Below are positions 1 through 14,554 of a DNA stretch of 64,000 nt, piece by piece; position 1 is the stretch's first letter; each line of letters opens with the position of its first letter. Below the pieces are notes generated by a model. That model made no database searches. It was not told the origin of the DNA and worked only from the letters and a program-made list of their open reading frames with translations. The translations under genes and the position numbers were made by a program. The DNA is from Macrostomum lignano (taxonomy: Eukaryota): NCBI GenBank assembly GCA_002269645.1, contig NIVC01002732.1, positions 1 through 64,000 on the forward strand. Reading direction: 5' to 3'.

Positions 1-233
<233 letters not shown>

Positions 234-679
234 TTTCCATAGCAACTGAAGCTTCTGGTTTTTCAGCATCATCGTCTAACACAGGCATTGGTTTTTATTT
301 CAAATTCTATTTTTGAATTCTTGTTTAAATAAAGTGAGGAATTTTTCATTTGGTTAAGGCGATTCAATGCTACACGGATTATGAAGACATGATTATGAGG
401 CTTGATTATCGACTAATAGGGTAGATTTGGGAGCTGATCACTGATGGAGGGTTTAGAATAAACAAGCAAAAAAACGATGGCGGCATTTAGAATGAGGCAC
501 TGAGGCTGAGAGATTGAAATTTTAATGTGAGGTTGAGCGAGCCGGGCTCAGATAGAGAAAAGTCGGAAGTGAGTGAAAATAAACCGTAAAAATGAGATTG
601 AGAGTGAAAATTAGCGAGTGACAATAAAAGTGTGAGAATAAAAATACGTATAAAAATGTAAGTAAAAGTGATAATGAAA

Positions 680-1530
680 GTGGGAGTAAGAGGGAGAGTG
701 AAAGTGAGAGTGAGGGGGGTAAGAAGAGTGAGAGGGAGACAGAGAGAGTGAGAGGGAGAGGGTGAGGGTGAGAGTGAGAAGGAGAGCGTGAGAGTAAGAG
801 TGAGAGGGAGTGAGGGTGAGAGTGAGAGGGGAGTGAGGGTGAGAGTGAGAGGGGAGTGAGGGTGAGAGTGAGAGGGGAGTGAGAGTGAGAATGAGACTGA
901 GAGTGAGGGGAGTGAGGGGTGAGAGTGAGAGGGAGTGAGGGTGAGAGTGAGACATGTGAGTGAGAGTGAGAGGGGAGTGAGGGTGAGAGTGAGAGGGGAG
1001 TGAGGGTGAGAGTGAGAGGGGAGTGAGGGTGAGAGTGAGACATGTGACTGAGAGTGAGAGGGGAGTCAGAGTGAGAGTGAGAGAGGAGTGAGAGTGAGAG
1101 TGAGAAATGTGACTGAGAGTGAGGGGAGTGAGGGGTGAGAGTGAGAGGGGAGTGAGGGTGAGAATGAGACATGTGACTGAGAGTGAGAGGGGAGTGAGGG
1201 TGAGAGTGAGACATGTGACTGAGAGTGAGAGGGGAGTGAGGGTGAGAGTGATAGGGGAGTGAGGGTGAGAGTGAGAGGGAGTGAGAGTGAGAAATGAGAC
1301 TGAGAGTGAGGGGAGTGAGGGGTGAGAGTGAGAGGGAGTGAGGGTGAGAGTGAGACATGTGAGTGAGAGTGAGAGGGGAGTGAGGGTGAGAGTGAGAGAG
1401 GAGTGAGGGTGAGAGTGAGAGGGGAGTGAGGGTGAGAGTGAGGGAGGAGTGAGGGTGAGAGTGAGAGGTGACTGAGAGTGAGAGATGTGACTGAGAGTGA
1501 GAGATGTGACTGAGAGTGAGAGGGGAGTGA
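680..1530. repeat. Degenerate purine-rich minisatellite (about 23-bp unit GAGAGTGAGAGGGGAGTGAGGGT)
   Basis: Recurrent GAGAGTGAGAGGGGAGTGAGGGT and GACATGTGACT variants; source of the spurious Ser/His/Leu ORFs. Confidence 0.9.
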
Positions 1531-2269
1531 GGCAGAGCGGCAGTGCTGATGCAGTGAGGGCAGCAGGCACACAGCAGCACAGCATGCCAGACTGTCATGA
1601 GCGCAGCAGTTTCTGCAGAATATTTTAATTGATTGTCACGCCAGCATGACTGTCGTTAGCTCGCATAGTAACTATCGCCTGATAAAGACTGTACTACCAC
1701 AGCCTATATATATTGCACACAATAATTGAATTACACTATATAATATAATAATGGATATGGATAGCCTCGCTTCATGTGATTATAGATTACATTAATATAT
1801 ACCATATTGCCTGTCATAATTCTGAGCATCAGACGATGTACTTGAAAGCTTAACTGAGAGAGCCATCTATTATCAAACCGAAGCTTTGTTGGCTTCAAAA
1901 AGGTTGCAGCCTTTGAAATTGCTTAAGAAATTGAATCCGGAATTTCATTTTCATTAATTTAAATCTTTCTTTGACGGTGGATAAGCCGGGCTAACTGAAT
2001 TTCTTTGAGAATGGCTTATTCCCAGAAAATTAATTTCTGAAGAGATGAGTTGAAGCGCATCAAAGTGTGTCCAATAACGAAATAATTGCAAATCTATTGT
2101 GGTTTGGAGCAGTGGGGCTGCGTGATTAATATCAGATGAAGCTGCCTTTGAAATCTCTACATAAGACAGAATCCGTACCTAGCATAGCCATCGGTGCCGA
2201 CAAAGATTAACAATTTTAAAAGGATAGGAACGATCTAGTAACCCATTTTGCATAGCAACCACCGAGTAG

Positions 2270-2487
2270 TCCTTATAGCCAGATCTGCATGGCAACTCAA
2301 AGCCCAATAGCAACCTAAATCTGCAAAGCAACCCAGATTCGCATAGCAACCCAGATCCACATACCAGCCCCAGATCCGCATAGCAACTCCGGATCCGCAT
2401 AGCAACCCCAGATCCGCATAGCAACTCCAGATCCGCATAGCAACCCCAGATCCACATAGCAACCCCAGATCCGCATAGCAACCCATA
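2270..2487. repeat. 19-bp minisatellite (GCATAGCAACCCCAGATCC)n, intronic
   Basis: About 10 imperfect copies directly downstream (minus strand) of the PDE exon donor. Confidence 0.85.
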
Positions 2488-2503
2488 GTGCATGGCAACT
2501 CAC

Positions 2504-3531
2504 CTTATAGGCGTCTTCAATCCGAGTTGGCAGGCCGGTCAGCGCCACGTTGCCCACAATGCCCTGGCCAAGCGGTATTCGAATCGTGCTCTGATTGGCC
2601 AGCGCCGCCTCCAGCGAGCTGTCCACGGTGACGTCGAACAAGCTGCTCACCAGCTCGAGCTGCTCGCCATCCCTGCCGCCAGCCGGATCGCCAACATCGT
2701 CGCCGGTCGCTGCTGTTGCTGTCGAAGCTGCCGATTCCACCAAAAACAGCGAACACCTGTCGGCATTGATCAAGAAGCAGACGTTTCTTAGAATCTTATG
2801 GCACAGCACGCTGACGTCAAGCTCGTAGAAGATGTCCCGAACTAGTTCGCCGATAATTTCGTCCTCGGTGATGCCGCCGCCTGCGGTTCACGCTGGTTGC
2901 TGTCCAGGTTGTGATGCGAGGCGGACGGCACCGGAGCCATGCTGGCGATGGCGAACGTTGCTCCGGGATCGCCGGAGACGCTGCGAGAAATTTTTGACGC
3001 TGTCGGGGTCAACTGCTGCTGTTGCTGCTGCTGTTGCCGGTGCTGCTCAAGGATGAACGAAGCCGAGCCGTCGTGGAACTTGCTGAGAATGGGCGAGGAC
3101 GGCTGGTTCCTGTCCAAGTAGGTGAGCTCGCTGGAAATCTTGCGAATCGCGGTGCTGGTGCAGCTGGAACTTCGCCTAATTGCGTGGCCAGCAATCGGGA
3201 TTGGGGCGGAGTCGGCGGTTGCTGTTGTGTCCGCTTCTTTGGCTGTAGACGGACCTTCAGTTGAGTTTGACGTCGAGTTGAGTCTTCTGTATAGCCAATT
3301 ATCAACGAGTTTTCTTGATGCTTTTCTATAGAAATAGTCTTCGAAAAATTCCGGATGACCTTCGAGCCAGGACTCGACAGAGCATTCGTCTAGTTTGGTT
3401 AGCAGAGCGGCAGGAGGCTCCTGCTGTTGCATTGAAGTCTTGGGCGACCGTCGGCTCTCCATGATTGGGGAGAAATTTTTGAGCAGAGCAGAGAAGCTTT
3501 GAGTTTTCTGTCTACTAGGAATCGACGTCAC
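2504..3531 (-). CDS. Coding exon of a GAF-domain cyclic-nucleotide phosphodiesterase (PDE5/PDE6/PDE11 family): N-terminal region plus start of GAF-A; one apparent 1-nt frameshift at 2845-2887
   Basis: Translation has VESWLEGHPEFFEDYFYRKASRKLVDNWL (PDE5/11 N-terminal motif). After a frame change it reads EIIGELVRDIFYELDVSVLCHKILRNVCFLINADRCSLFLVE...IRIPLGQGIVGNVALTG...IEDAYK (GAF-A). The exon ends at an AAG|GTGAGT donor (2504|2503). The 5' end is uncertain (first ATG 3462; frame open to about 3627). Downstream exons were not identified here and probably lie left of the window. Confidence 0.88.
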
Positions 3532-3632
3532 ATTTGCGGCCTTGTGCTTGATCTGGAATGTTGTTGGGGATTTAGAAAATGGAGTGTTGCATGAACTCTT
3601 GATGCCTATTTGTGACTGGGGTTTTAATCACG

Positions 3633-4342
3633 GATGTCTCTAGATGAGATTGGTGGCTACACGCCAGATGTCTCTAGATGAGATTGGTGGCTACACGCCA
3701 GATGTCTCTAGATGAGAGTAGTGGCAACACACCAGATATCTCTAGATGAGAGTAGTGGCTGCACACCAGATGTCTCTAGATGAGAGTAGTGGCTGCACAC
3801 CAGATGTCTCTAGATGAGAGTAGTGGCTACACACCAGATGTCTCTAGATGAGAGTAGTGGCTACACACCAGATGTCTCTAGATGAGAGTAGTGGCTACAC
3901 ACCAGATGTCTCTAGATGAGAGTAGTGGCAACACACCAGATATCTCTAGATGAGAGTAGTGGCTACACACCAGATGTCTCTAGATGAGAGTAGTGGCTAC
4001 ACACCAGATGTCTCTAGATGAGAGTAGTGGCTACACACCAGATGTCTCTAGATGAGAGTAGTGGCTACACACCAGATGTCTCTAGATGAGAGTAGTGGCT
4101 ACACACCAGATGTCTCTAGATGAGAGTAGTGGCTACACACCAGATGTCTCTAGATGAGAGTAGTGGCTACACACCAGATGTCTCTAGATGAGAGTAGTGG
4201 CTACACACCAGATGTCTCTAGATGAGAGTAGTGGCTACACACCAGATGTCTCTAGATGAGAGTAGTGGCTACACACCAGATGTCTCTAGATGAGAGTAGT
4301 GGCTACACACCAGATGTCTCTAGATGAGAGTAGTGGCTACAC
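3633..4342. repeat. 34-bp minisatellite (CAGATGTCTCTAGATGAGAGTAGTGGCTACACAC)n
   Basis: About 21 highly homogeneous copies; period 34 (3971 to 4005). Confidence 0.96.
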
Positions 4343-4609
4343 AAAATTATTTGGCATCGACAATATTGATTTTCGCTGAACGGCCCGTGACAGAAACTGA
4401 TCACTGTTAATTTGCTTGTAGCATAATTTATCAATACGAGAGAATAATGTATGACAAGTAGCTCTACGAAATCCTGAGATATTCTCGGCGATCTCCACTG
4501 ATTTATGGCCAACGCAGTAAAGAAAAATCTGGGATTACCTCGTAAAATAGAACTGACTTGCTTCTCGCTTTTATAGCAAAGTGTGGGATGCAATATATTT
4601 TGAAAATTC

Positions 4610-5630
<1,021 letters not shown>

Positions 5631-6017
5631 CACTATCAGGCCTAAAAATGCAGATCACTGCGGTGTATCAAATTTCTATAAAAAGCAATGGATTCGCGAT
5701 GGGCAACAAAAAAACAATATTTTTATTTCCTAATAAGGCTCTCACTCATAAACCTGTGATCCCAGTGAATTTATACACGAGCGTATAAATGGACTGCTAA
5801 TTAAACTTAATTAAACAAGTGCAGAATGCATCGATCCGCTATCTAGCAGTGCTTGCACTGGCTGCTCTAAAAATATTATCGATCTTGTTGGGCAATTCGG
5901 ATTGAAGAACTTTAGCAGCGATCACCACGGTCTCTCAGCCCCATCTTTCTTAGTTCGTTTCTACACCATGTCACTGACTGTCTCAAATTGGATCCCCCTA
6001 ATTCTGTCTTTCTCCCC

Positions 6018-6049
<32 letters not shown>

Positions 6050-6707
6050 CCCCTCATCTCAATTTTTCGTTGAACATTGAATCTCAAAGAAAGTTGCAAT
6101 CAACTTTAAAATACCACTGAATCCCACTGAAGACTTCTCTCCACAGCCTTTTATACAGCCTAAGCTCTGGGGCAGAGGAAAATTTATTTGCAACCAACAC
6201 TCAGAAAAAATCCAGACCAGATGTTGAGCACAGCAAAGGAGTCTCTGTAATCAATGCCTTCAGGCTTCCCCATCTCTGCATTCTCCCATCCCGATCCCGT
6301 GATCCGCAGATCCCCCGGCCAAGCGCCCACGCCGCAGCTGGGCCCCGGCCAGATCCTCTCCCTACCCACCCTCCGTAGCCGAATGAATATCCTTTATCCG
6401 TTTGCTCCCCTCTCCCAGCTCCCTCGAATCTTTTCCGCCTCATCAGTATCGATTATTTATGGCGGAGACTCTGACCCCCCCCCCTCGGAGGCCATCAAGC
6501 ATGCAACAACTAATAGGGTGAAAACTATTAACAGACCATTAGCGAATCATAACTGTTACTGGAGTATAGTAAGGAGTGACCTCAGTTGACCTGAGTTAAT
6601 CTTTGGTCTGAGAATGAGTTGAGGTATGAACTGCAAGGACAACTTAAGTAGAAGGACGCAACACTCGAAATCTCGCAACATTACGAGTGTAGCGCCCTAT
6701 ATATACA

Positions 6708-6885
6708 TATGTTACTTGAGTAGTCATTGACTCTCTGATGTGCGGCCCAGGCTCGATTCCAAGTGCAGTCAATTTGCGGCTAAATTGGAATCTCGGCTTG
6801 GCTCTGCTCGTGCAATCAGCGCCATTTGAGAGCCAACAACCCCTAAGGTACAGTGAAGTGTACATGCCTAACGATAAATAAAGTT
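6708..6885 (+). mobile_element. Possible degenerate tRNA-derived SINE
   Basis: A-box-like TACTTGAGTAGT (6713-6724) and B-box-like GGCTCGATTCC (6750-6760) at Pol III spacing; ends in an A-rich ATAAATAAA tail. Single copy in the window. Confidence 0.35.
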
Positions 6886-7082
6886 AGGGCCGCTGTGCAC
6901 TCCTGTGTGAGTGTGTGCCTGTGCGTATGACTGCGTACGTATCCGCGCGCTTGTGTGCCTGCTCAGGGGAGTCGGCGGAATGGGCAGCAATGCCTCTCGC
7001 CGGTTGTGTGACAATTTCGCTTGAAGTGCACCAGGTGTACACAGCCCCTGTCTCTAATACGAGCGCAAAAAACTACATAGAC

Positions 7083-8050
7083 TGAGGTGAAGAGTGACCC
7101 TAATGACCAGATTGACTGGGGTGAGGAGTGACCCAATGACCAGATTGACTGGGGTGAGGAGTGATCCCAATGACCAGATTGACTGGGGTGAGGAGTGATC
7201 CCAATGACCAGATTGACTGGGGTGAGGAGTGATCCCAATGACCAGATGGACTGGGGTGAGGAGTGACCCCAATTACCAGATGGATTGGGGTGAGGAGTGA
7301 TCCCAATGACCAGATGGACTGGGGTGAGGAGTGACCCCAATGACCAGATTGACTGGGGTGAGGAGTGACCCCAATGACCAGATGGACTGGGGTGAGGAGT
7401 GACCCCAATGACCAGATTGACTGGGGTGAGGAGTGATCCCAATGACCAGATGGACTGGGGTGAGGAGTGACCCCAATGACCAGATGGACTGGGGTGAGGA
7501 GTGACCCCAATGACCAGATTGACTGGGGTGAGGAGTGACCCCAATGACCAGATGGACTGGGGTGAGGAGTGACCCCAATTACCAGATGGATTGGGGTGAG
7601 GAGTGATCCCAATGACCAGATGGACTGGGGTGAGGAGTGACCCCAATTACCAGATGGATTGGGGTGAGGAGTGACCCCAATGACCAGATGGACTGGGGTG
7701 AGGAGTGACCCCAATTACCAGATGGATTGGGGTGAGGAGTGGTCCCAATGACCAGATGGATTGGGGGTGAGGAGTGACCCCAATGACCAGATGGACTGGG
7801 GTGAGGAGTGACCCCAATGACCAGATGGACTGGGGTGAGGAGTGACCCCAATGACCAGATGGACTGGGGTGAGGAGTGACCCCAATGACCAGATGGACTG
7901 GGGTGAGGAGTGACCCCAATGACCAGATGGACTGGGGTGAGGAGTGACCCCAATTACCAGATGGACTTGGGTGAGGAGTGACCCCAATTACCAGATGGAC
8001 TGGGGTGAGGAGTGACCCCAATGACCAGATGGACTGGGTGAGGAGTGCCA
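7083..8050. repeat. 34-bp minisatellite (GTGAGGAGTGACCCCAATGACCAGATGGACTGGG)n
   Basis: About 28 copies; period 34 (7801 to 7835). Confidence 0.96.
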
Positions 8051-8769
8051 CCAGTTATACGAAATAATGAATTAATTTAAATAGCAAAATATAGCATTAG
8101 CAATAAAATAGTAACTTACCGGAATCAGAATTTAATTCATTGCGGAATTAATTAGTAATAAGTAAATATATAGATATGCAGAGAACTGGAAGCGTGACAA
8201 GCGCCAATGGCAAACCCAGAACTGGCTTAGCGGACAGGGGAATTGGCGGCTTAAAAGAATAAGCGCAGAGGTGAGAAAAATTGATATTATTATTATTGTT
8301 ATTATTATTGGAGCTTGAGGAGCAGGGCGCAGGTCAACTAAGACTGTAGAGTGTAGTGGGACTTTTCTGGCTTATTTTATCCCCACTGCAGTTCGTTCAC
8401 CTCCTCCACCCCCTCCTCTCTCCGCCCTCCCTCCTCTCCTCTCTGTCCCCCACCCCTTGCCCTCCCCCACACCGGCTAAATCGCTTTGGAAATGAGGGCA
8501 GGAAGAGAGAGAGGTTAAAATGCAAAGGGAGGGGAGGAAGCGAACCTTGAAGAAAAATAGGGTGCAGTGCGTTCTCTTCGTCCCTGGGACTGGGGGGGGG
8601 GTCTGGTCCATGGGTCGGGCAGGCCTGGCTTTTTGTGGATACAGGAAGAAAAGAGGAAATCGCTGGCGGGTTAGCCAATCGAAGATGGAGATGGCGGAGG
8701 CTGAGGTCGTTGCTGTCGACAAGGCGAAAGAAACACAAAAAACTGCTGCCTAGTGTCGATTGGTTTCTG

Positions 8770-9140
8770 TTCTCTCCTGCTTTCTCCCTCACTCTCTACT
8801 CTCTCCCTCTACTCTCTTCTCTCTCTTCCTGACCCTCTACTCTCTCTCCTTCACTCTCTACTCTCTCTCCCTCACTCTCTACTCTCTCCCTCACTCTCTT
8901 CTCTCTCTTCCTGATCCTCTACTCTCTCTCCCTCACTCTCTACTCTCTCTCCCTCACTCTCTACTCTCTCCTTCACTCTCTACTCTCTCCCTCACTCTCT
9001 ACTCTCTCTCCCTCACTCTCTACTCTTACCCTCACTACCTACTCTCTCCCTCACTCTCTACTCTCTCCCTCACTCTCTACTCTCTCTCCCTCACTCTCTG
9101 CTCTTACCCTCACTCTCTACTCTCCCCCTCACTCTCTCTT
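8770..9140. repeat. CT-rich degenerate minisatellite (CTCACTCTCTACTCTCTCTCC-like)
   Basis: Units of 19-21 bp, pyrimidine-only apart from A. Confidence 0.85.
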
Positions 9141-9899
9141 CTAGCACTCCAATTTAAACTGGCACTCCTAACCCTAGTCACCTCTATACTGATACTCGTG
9201 CCCTTTTCAACTCGTATATTGATTAAGTATTCGAAAAACCAGCTTTAGTTAACTTCAGGCAGGCGGGGCAGGCTTGCAGGGCAGGCAAGCTGTTTTGCCT
9301 CTAACTAGCTTAGCATAACAGTGTATAGCCAACCCCGAGAGGGTAAGAGAGAGACCCCAGGCAGAAGAGCGAGCAGGGAGAAATGGGGGTGGGTGGATTT
9401 TCAGTCACATTTGACTTGTCCTCATCTCCGTGTTCCCAGCTCAGTGCATATTATGCACTGCCGCTCCTAAACCCCTTCCCTAACCTCTTCCCTCTGGAAC
9501 GTGTCCCCCAGCTGTCAAGCCAAATTGTATTTCAAGCCAAATGAACTGCACATAGGAAAGCTAACAGCCGTTTACCGACTCGCAAAGCATTCTCGTACAT
9601 ATGCATTGACTTACTCTTATTAGCTAGGTCTAAAAATAAAACGATCCATTTGTGGTCTTCTCGTGTGTTAATGGTCTTGGCGTATGCGGCTTTTTAAATA
9701 GGACTGGCAGGAAGAGAGTCCTCTTCTGTTCTGGTCTGGACAGATAAATTTTGTCCAAATAAATATTGCTTTAATGCCGTTAAAAATGACGTTAAAAATG
9801 ACAGCAATGAACAACCTTATTTCTGTGTTTTCATTCACAGGAGCGCCAAAATTTTGGCGTCAATTAAATTTGCTACTGCTGTTGTCTGAGCTCATGAAA

Positions 9900-11155
9900 A
9901 CAGCTGTAGCGTCCCTGACAACAGCATTAGGGTCTCCTGGCAGCAGCATTGGGGTCTCCTGACAACAGCTGTAGCGTCCCTGACAACAGCATTGGGGTCC
10001 CCTGATAACAGCATTAGGGTCTCCTGATAGCAGCTGTAGCGTCCCTGACAACAGCATTAGGGTCTCCTGATAACAGCATTAGGGTCTCCTGACAACAGCA
10101 TTAGGGTCTCCTGACAGCAGCTGTAGCGTCCCTGACAACAGCATTAGGGTCTCCTGATAGCAGCTGTAGCGTCCCTGACAACAGCATTAGGGTCTCCTGA
10201 TAGCAGCTGTAGCGTCCCTGACAACAGCATTAGGGTCTCCTGATAGCAGCTGTAGCGTCCCTGACAACAGCATTAGGGTCTCCTGATAGCAGCTGTAGCG
10301 TCCCTGACAACAGCATTAGGGTCTCCTGATAGCAGCTGTAGCGTCCCTGACAACAGCATTAGGGTCTCCTGACAGCAGCTGTAGCGTCCCTGACAACAGC
10401 ATTAGGGTCTCCTGCAGCAGCATTGGGTCTCCTGACAACAGCTGTAGCGTCCCTGACAACAGCATTGGGTCCCCTGATAACAGCATTAGGGTCTCCTGAT
10501 AGCAGCTGTAGCGTCCCTGACAACAGCATTAGGGTCTCCTGATAACAGCATTAGGGTCTCCTGACAACAGCATTAGGGTCTCCTGACAGCAGCTGTAGCG
10601 TCCCTGACAACAGCATTAGGGTCTCCTGATAGCAGCTGTAGCGTCCCTGACAACAGCATTAGGGTCTCCTGATAGCAGCTGTAGCGTCCCTGACAACAGC
10701 ATTAGGGTCTCCTGACAGCAGCTGTAGCGTCCCTGACAACAGCATTAGGGTCTCCTGGCAGCAGCATTGGGGTCTCCTGACAACAGCTGTAGCGTCCCTG
10801 ACAACAGCATTGGGGTCCCCTGATAACAGCATTAGGGTCTCCTGACTGCAGCTGTAGCGTCCCTGACAACAGCATTAGGGTCTCCTGATAACAGCATTAG
10901 GGTCTCCTGACAACAGCATTAGGGTCTCCTGACAGCAGCTGTAGCGTCCCTGACAACAGCATTAGGGTCTCCTGATAACAGCATTAGGGTCTCCTGACTG
11001 CAGCTGTAGCGTCCCTGACTGCAGCATTAGGGTCTCCTGACAGCAACTGTAGCGTCCCTGACAACAGCATTAGCATTAGGGCCTCCTGACAACATTAGTG
11101 TGTCGCTTCTAATGTAGCGTTCCTTGACAACGACGTTAAAGCCCCTGACAACATT
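9900..11155. repeat. Composite 43-bp minisatellite (CAGCTGTAGCGTCCCTGACAA + CAGCATTAGGGTCTCCTGATAG) with higher-order blocks
   Basis: Period 43 (10201 to 10244), built from two related 21/22-bp subunits; a marker block recurs near 9935, 10408 and 10752. Confidence 0.93.
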
Positions 11156-11534
11156 TATGTCGCCTGACAGTAACCACAGAAAAATACTGCAGCGTCTCGG
11201 AAAAAGCAGCAAAAAACTTACATTTATTCGCTCGCTATCGCAGAATCTGCTCCTAATAGCTCTTCTGGTTTTCCACGGGTTTCAGTTTCTACGCTTTCCG
11301 TTTTTTTAATGACGAGTTTCCTTTTTTACACAAGCTTAGCCAAGTCAAAAACTCCTTTGCGCAAACACGCAAACGCACAAAACTCTCTCTTTCATTTTCG
11401 TTTCCTAACTTTCGTGTACTTTTTCAGTTGTACTTGGCTGCGGCAGCAACATATTTACTGTTCTGCATGCAGATCAGACTTGTTTCTGATGCCGGTCACT
11501 GTGTGCGTTTTATTTGGACATGCAGAGACAGCGC

Positions 11535-11792
11535 AAGGGAGAGGGGAGAGAGAGGGAGAGAGGAGAGAGAGGGAGAGAGGAGAGAGAGGGAGAGAGGAGA
11601 GAGAGGGAGAGAGGAAAGTGAGAGGGAGAGAGGGGAGAGAGGGAGAGAGGAGAGAGAGGAAGAGAGGAGAGAGAGGGAGAGAGGAGAGAGGGAGAGAGGA
11701 GAGAAAGGGGGAGGGGAGAGAGAGGGAGAGAGGAAAGTGAGAGGGAGAGAGGAGAAAGGCGGAGAAGGAGATAGGGAGAGAGAGAGAGGGGG
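11535..11792. repeat. GA-rich low-complexity repeat
   Basis: GGGAGAGAGGAGAGA-type purine run. Confidence 0.9.
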
Positions 11793-12979
11793 AAATGATG
11801 GTTTTGTTTGCCAAATTGAAAATAGCAAATATAATAATTTTGATAGGTAAAGCTTGCTTATGCTTTTCGGTTGCATTTGCATTTGAACCTCTCTTTCTAT
11901 GCTTATTTCTGCTACTTAAATTGACATTTGCTCTCTTGTGCTCTTTACCCTCGAAAAAATGCTTTCTGTTTAGTAGGACCGACTATTTGTATCAGTGACT
12001 GCCTAATTGCAGATATCAGTTATCCTCTAACTAAGTTATAAGTTCCTCTTGATTCGCATATTTTTATTGCTGTTTCATTCTACGAAAGCAAAAAAAAGGA
12101 TTTAGCGAAATGTACTGTCGAGATAGGAAGCTTTCAGATTATGAAAAACAATTGAGCCTTTTGTTCTGAAACCAATCACATAACTATAATACGTACCTAC
12201 CAACAGACAACTCAGTTTTAGTATAGTGGACTAGCAAGTTGCGCCCCCCTTGGGGAGGCAGCAGCAAAGAAAAGAATAAAGATATTTAAATAGACTACAT
12301 CTATAGGATTCTGACCTTGCGTTGTGCAGCCACTGTTTTCAATTTTAAGGAAATGGTTAAAGCAAAAATGCATCCGGCCTGAAAGCCTAAAATAGCAGCT
12401 CCTCTGTGAGCTTTGGTTCAAAAGCCCCTGAGCAACTCCCATGAGCCTTGAAGTCTCAAAAATCCCTCATGATCCTTGTCATCTTAGCAGGTCCCCTCGT
12501 AAGCCTTAATAACTCCTGTAAGCCTTGGGATGCGGATTTGCTACATGGGAGGTTTCGCCATAGACTAATTCGATCAAGAAAAAAGGCGGCTTGAACAAAT
12601 GCACTAAAGAAGAGACAGGAACAGCTGAAATCTAGCCAGAACTTAGTAAAATTTTGCATAGTAAGTTCCATCTTTTTTAGGGCCAGCGAGTCAGTAACTC
12701 TGTGATTGCAGAGGATTTTTTCGACCAATATTTCTCTAACCGCTGCTAGGATGGGGATTTAAAGCAGAAAGGGCTGCATCAATCACCACCCAGGGCTACA
12801 CGAGAGAGAAGATTTATTGCATCAATGTGATTGTCTTGGGGGTGTCTGTGGTGATTGATCAGTGCTAGGAATTCTCTGTAGCATAGGGACGATCAGTGAA
12901 TTCTGAGCAAGTCAGGAGTATGCGGACTTTATGGATAGGCTTTCTGCAGACATTTTTATCTCATGTCGGTGATCAATGA

Positions 12980-13217
<238 letters not shown>

Positions 13218-13236
13218 GTGCTAACTTGAGCCGCAG

Positions 13237-13322
13237 AAGTCACAGGAGAGATGAAGACAAAAAAGGCTGATCAACTGGGCAACAGACGATCGTCAAAGAA
13301 GGCCAGCCCAGTCGAGTGGCAA
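13237..13322 (+). other. Candidate internal exon of an unidentified plus-strand transcript
   Basis: CTAAC branch point 13221-13225, CAG acceptor, GTAAGT donor 13323; open frame VTGEMKTKKADQLGNRRSSKKASPVEWQ. Confidence 0.35.
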
Positions 13323-13529
13323 GTAAGTTTTCTCGCTAATTGCAGCTCAAGGTAGAGCCTTCTGTTCACATTCGTCTGTGCAATACAGACTGCTCCATCA
13401 TAATTACTCAATGCTTCGTTTCATTTTATGGCTTTCTCGTTAATGTAAGCGCAGAAGTGAACTCGGAGAGTGTATGAATAATTTGTCTGCACTTTCCACG
13501 CAATGCACTAAAATAGTTGTATTTGTCAG

Positions 13530-13553
13530 GTGTCCTTGACAGACTGGGATGAG
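13530..13553 (+). other. Candidate 24-nt micro-exon (VSLTDWDE)
   Basis: TTTGTCAG acceptor and GAG|GTGAGT donor; phase 0-0, compatible with the preceding candidate exon. Confidence 0.35.
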
Positions 13554-13949
13554 GTGAGTGCGCACTTTGCACGAAAGTCTTCATTCGACTCTTCTACGAG
13601 CGTACAATGGAAATACGAAGTAAGAATTCTTTTCGGGATTTTTCTTAACATCAGACATCCTTGTTCCCAATGCAGACATCATATTTCCTAATGTCCGAAA
13701 TCATTGTTCCAAATCTTCAATCCGAAGGCAATTACTGCATCAACTTTGCGACTACACCTATATGAATCGAGACTGCCGTATCAGGAGTAACTCTGATATG
13801 CCTAGTATTAGGGGCAATAAAGTTACTGAACTTAATGTTACATCAACACTAGATAATAACGCCAGCTAATTCTCCAATTATTGCTTATTCTGATGCAAAT
13901 TTAGCTTTTTGCTCTTTGCTAGCTAGTCTCTTCAGGGCTGTCTTTACAG

Positions 13950-13957
13950 TATAAATA
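13950..13957 (+). promoter_or_regulatory. Candidate TATA box of insulin-like gene copy 1 (equivalent at 17200 and in all later copies)
   Basis: TATAAATA; homology between the divergent copy and the amplified copies begins about 30 bp upstream of it. Confidence 0.45.
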
Positions 13958-14245
13958 TATGCGTTTAAGACTACGAAAGGCATATGAAAATGGTTAAACT
14001 GTACTGACTCAGTGTGTACTTTTTGCCACACGCTGGAAAGCAGCGAAGCCATAGACGAGAGTAATAAAATTGAGAACAGATTTGACCATAGACAGTCTGC
14101 CGATTATTATATTCATCAATTGAAAAGCGGGACAGTCCTGGCATTCCTTGCTTACTCAGCAGAGCATCACTTTTATTACGAGAGCCAAGTTCGGACGATC
14201 ATTTCTTCAAGCAATTTGAGAGTGAAATCTTGAGATACTCCCAAG

Positions 14246-14553
14246 GTAAGATCGGGTATTTCTTGGACTAATTTAATTTTACAGTACAAGGGACAGAGCA
14301 CCTCAGCGGTAAAAGCTTCTGACCACCAGGCGCCACATTAATTTGGGGCATGTGTGCTTGAAGAAGAACGTCTCTGAGGGCCAACCCACAACGCTCAGAG
14401 AGTGTACATGTCTGACGATTAGAAATTGTGCAGTGCAGAATTGTGCAGAATGTGCAGAATTGCCTCGCGTTTGGTTGCGTGACGACGTGGACAAAGGCAT
14501 CCTGCAGTTATTTTATCATTTATATAACTTATTTCTTTGGTTACATTCCAAAG
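14246..14553 (+). other. Predicted 5'-UTR intron of insulin-like gene copy 1
   Basis: CAAG|GTAAGA donor; pyrimidine-rich tract then AAG|G ATG. Confidence 0.55.
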
Positions 14554-14554
14554 G

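Noticed and set aside
6184-6530. Possible LINE 3'-end remnant (also an FLG-containing stretch at about 1860-2160, minus strand)
   Set aside because: Only vague resemblance; no RT or CCHC motif could be read with confidence without a profile search.
8520-8753. GC-rich ORFs on both strands as upstream PDE exons or a separate gene
   Set aside because: No recognisable domain or convincing splice pair; may be UTR or promoter sequence but cannot be supported.
14012-14233. Repeated 73-aa ORF MCTFCHTLESSE... (six copies)
   Set aside because: GTG start within the predicted 5'-UTR exon; the frame is disrupted by a 10-nt insertion in copy 2; no domain.
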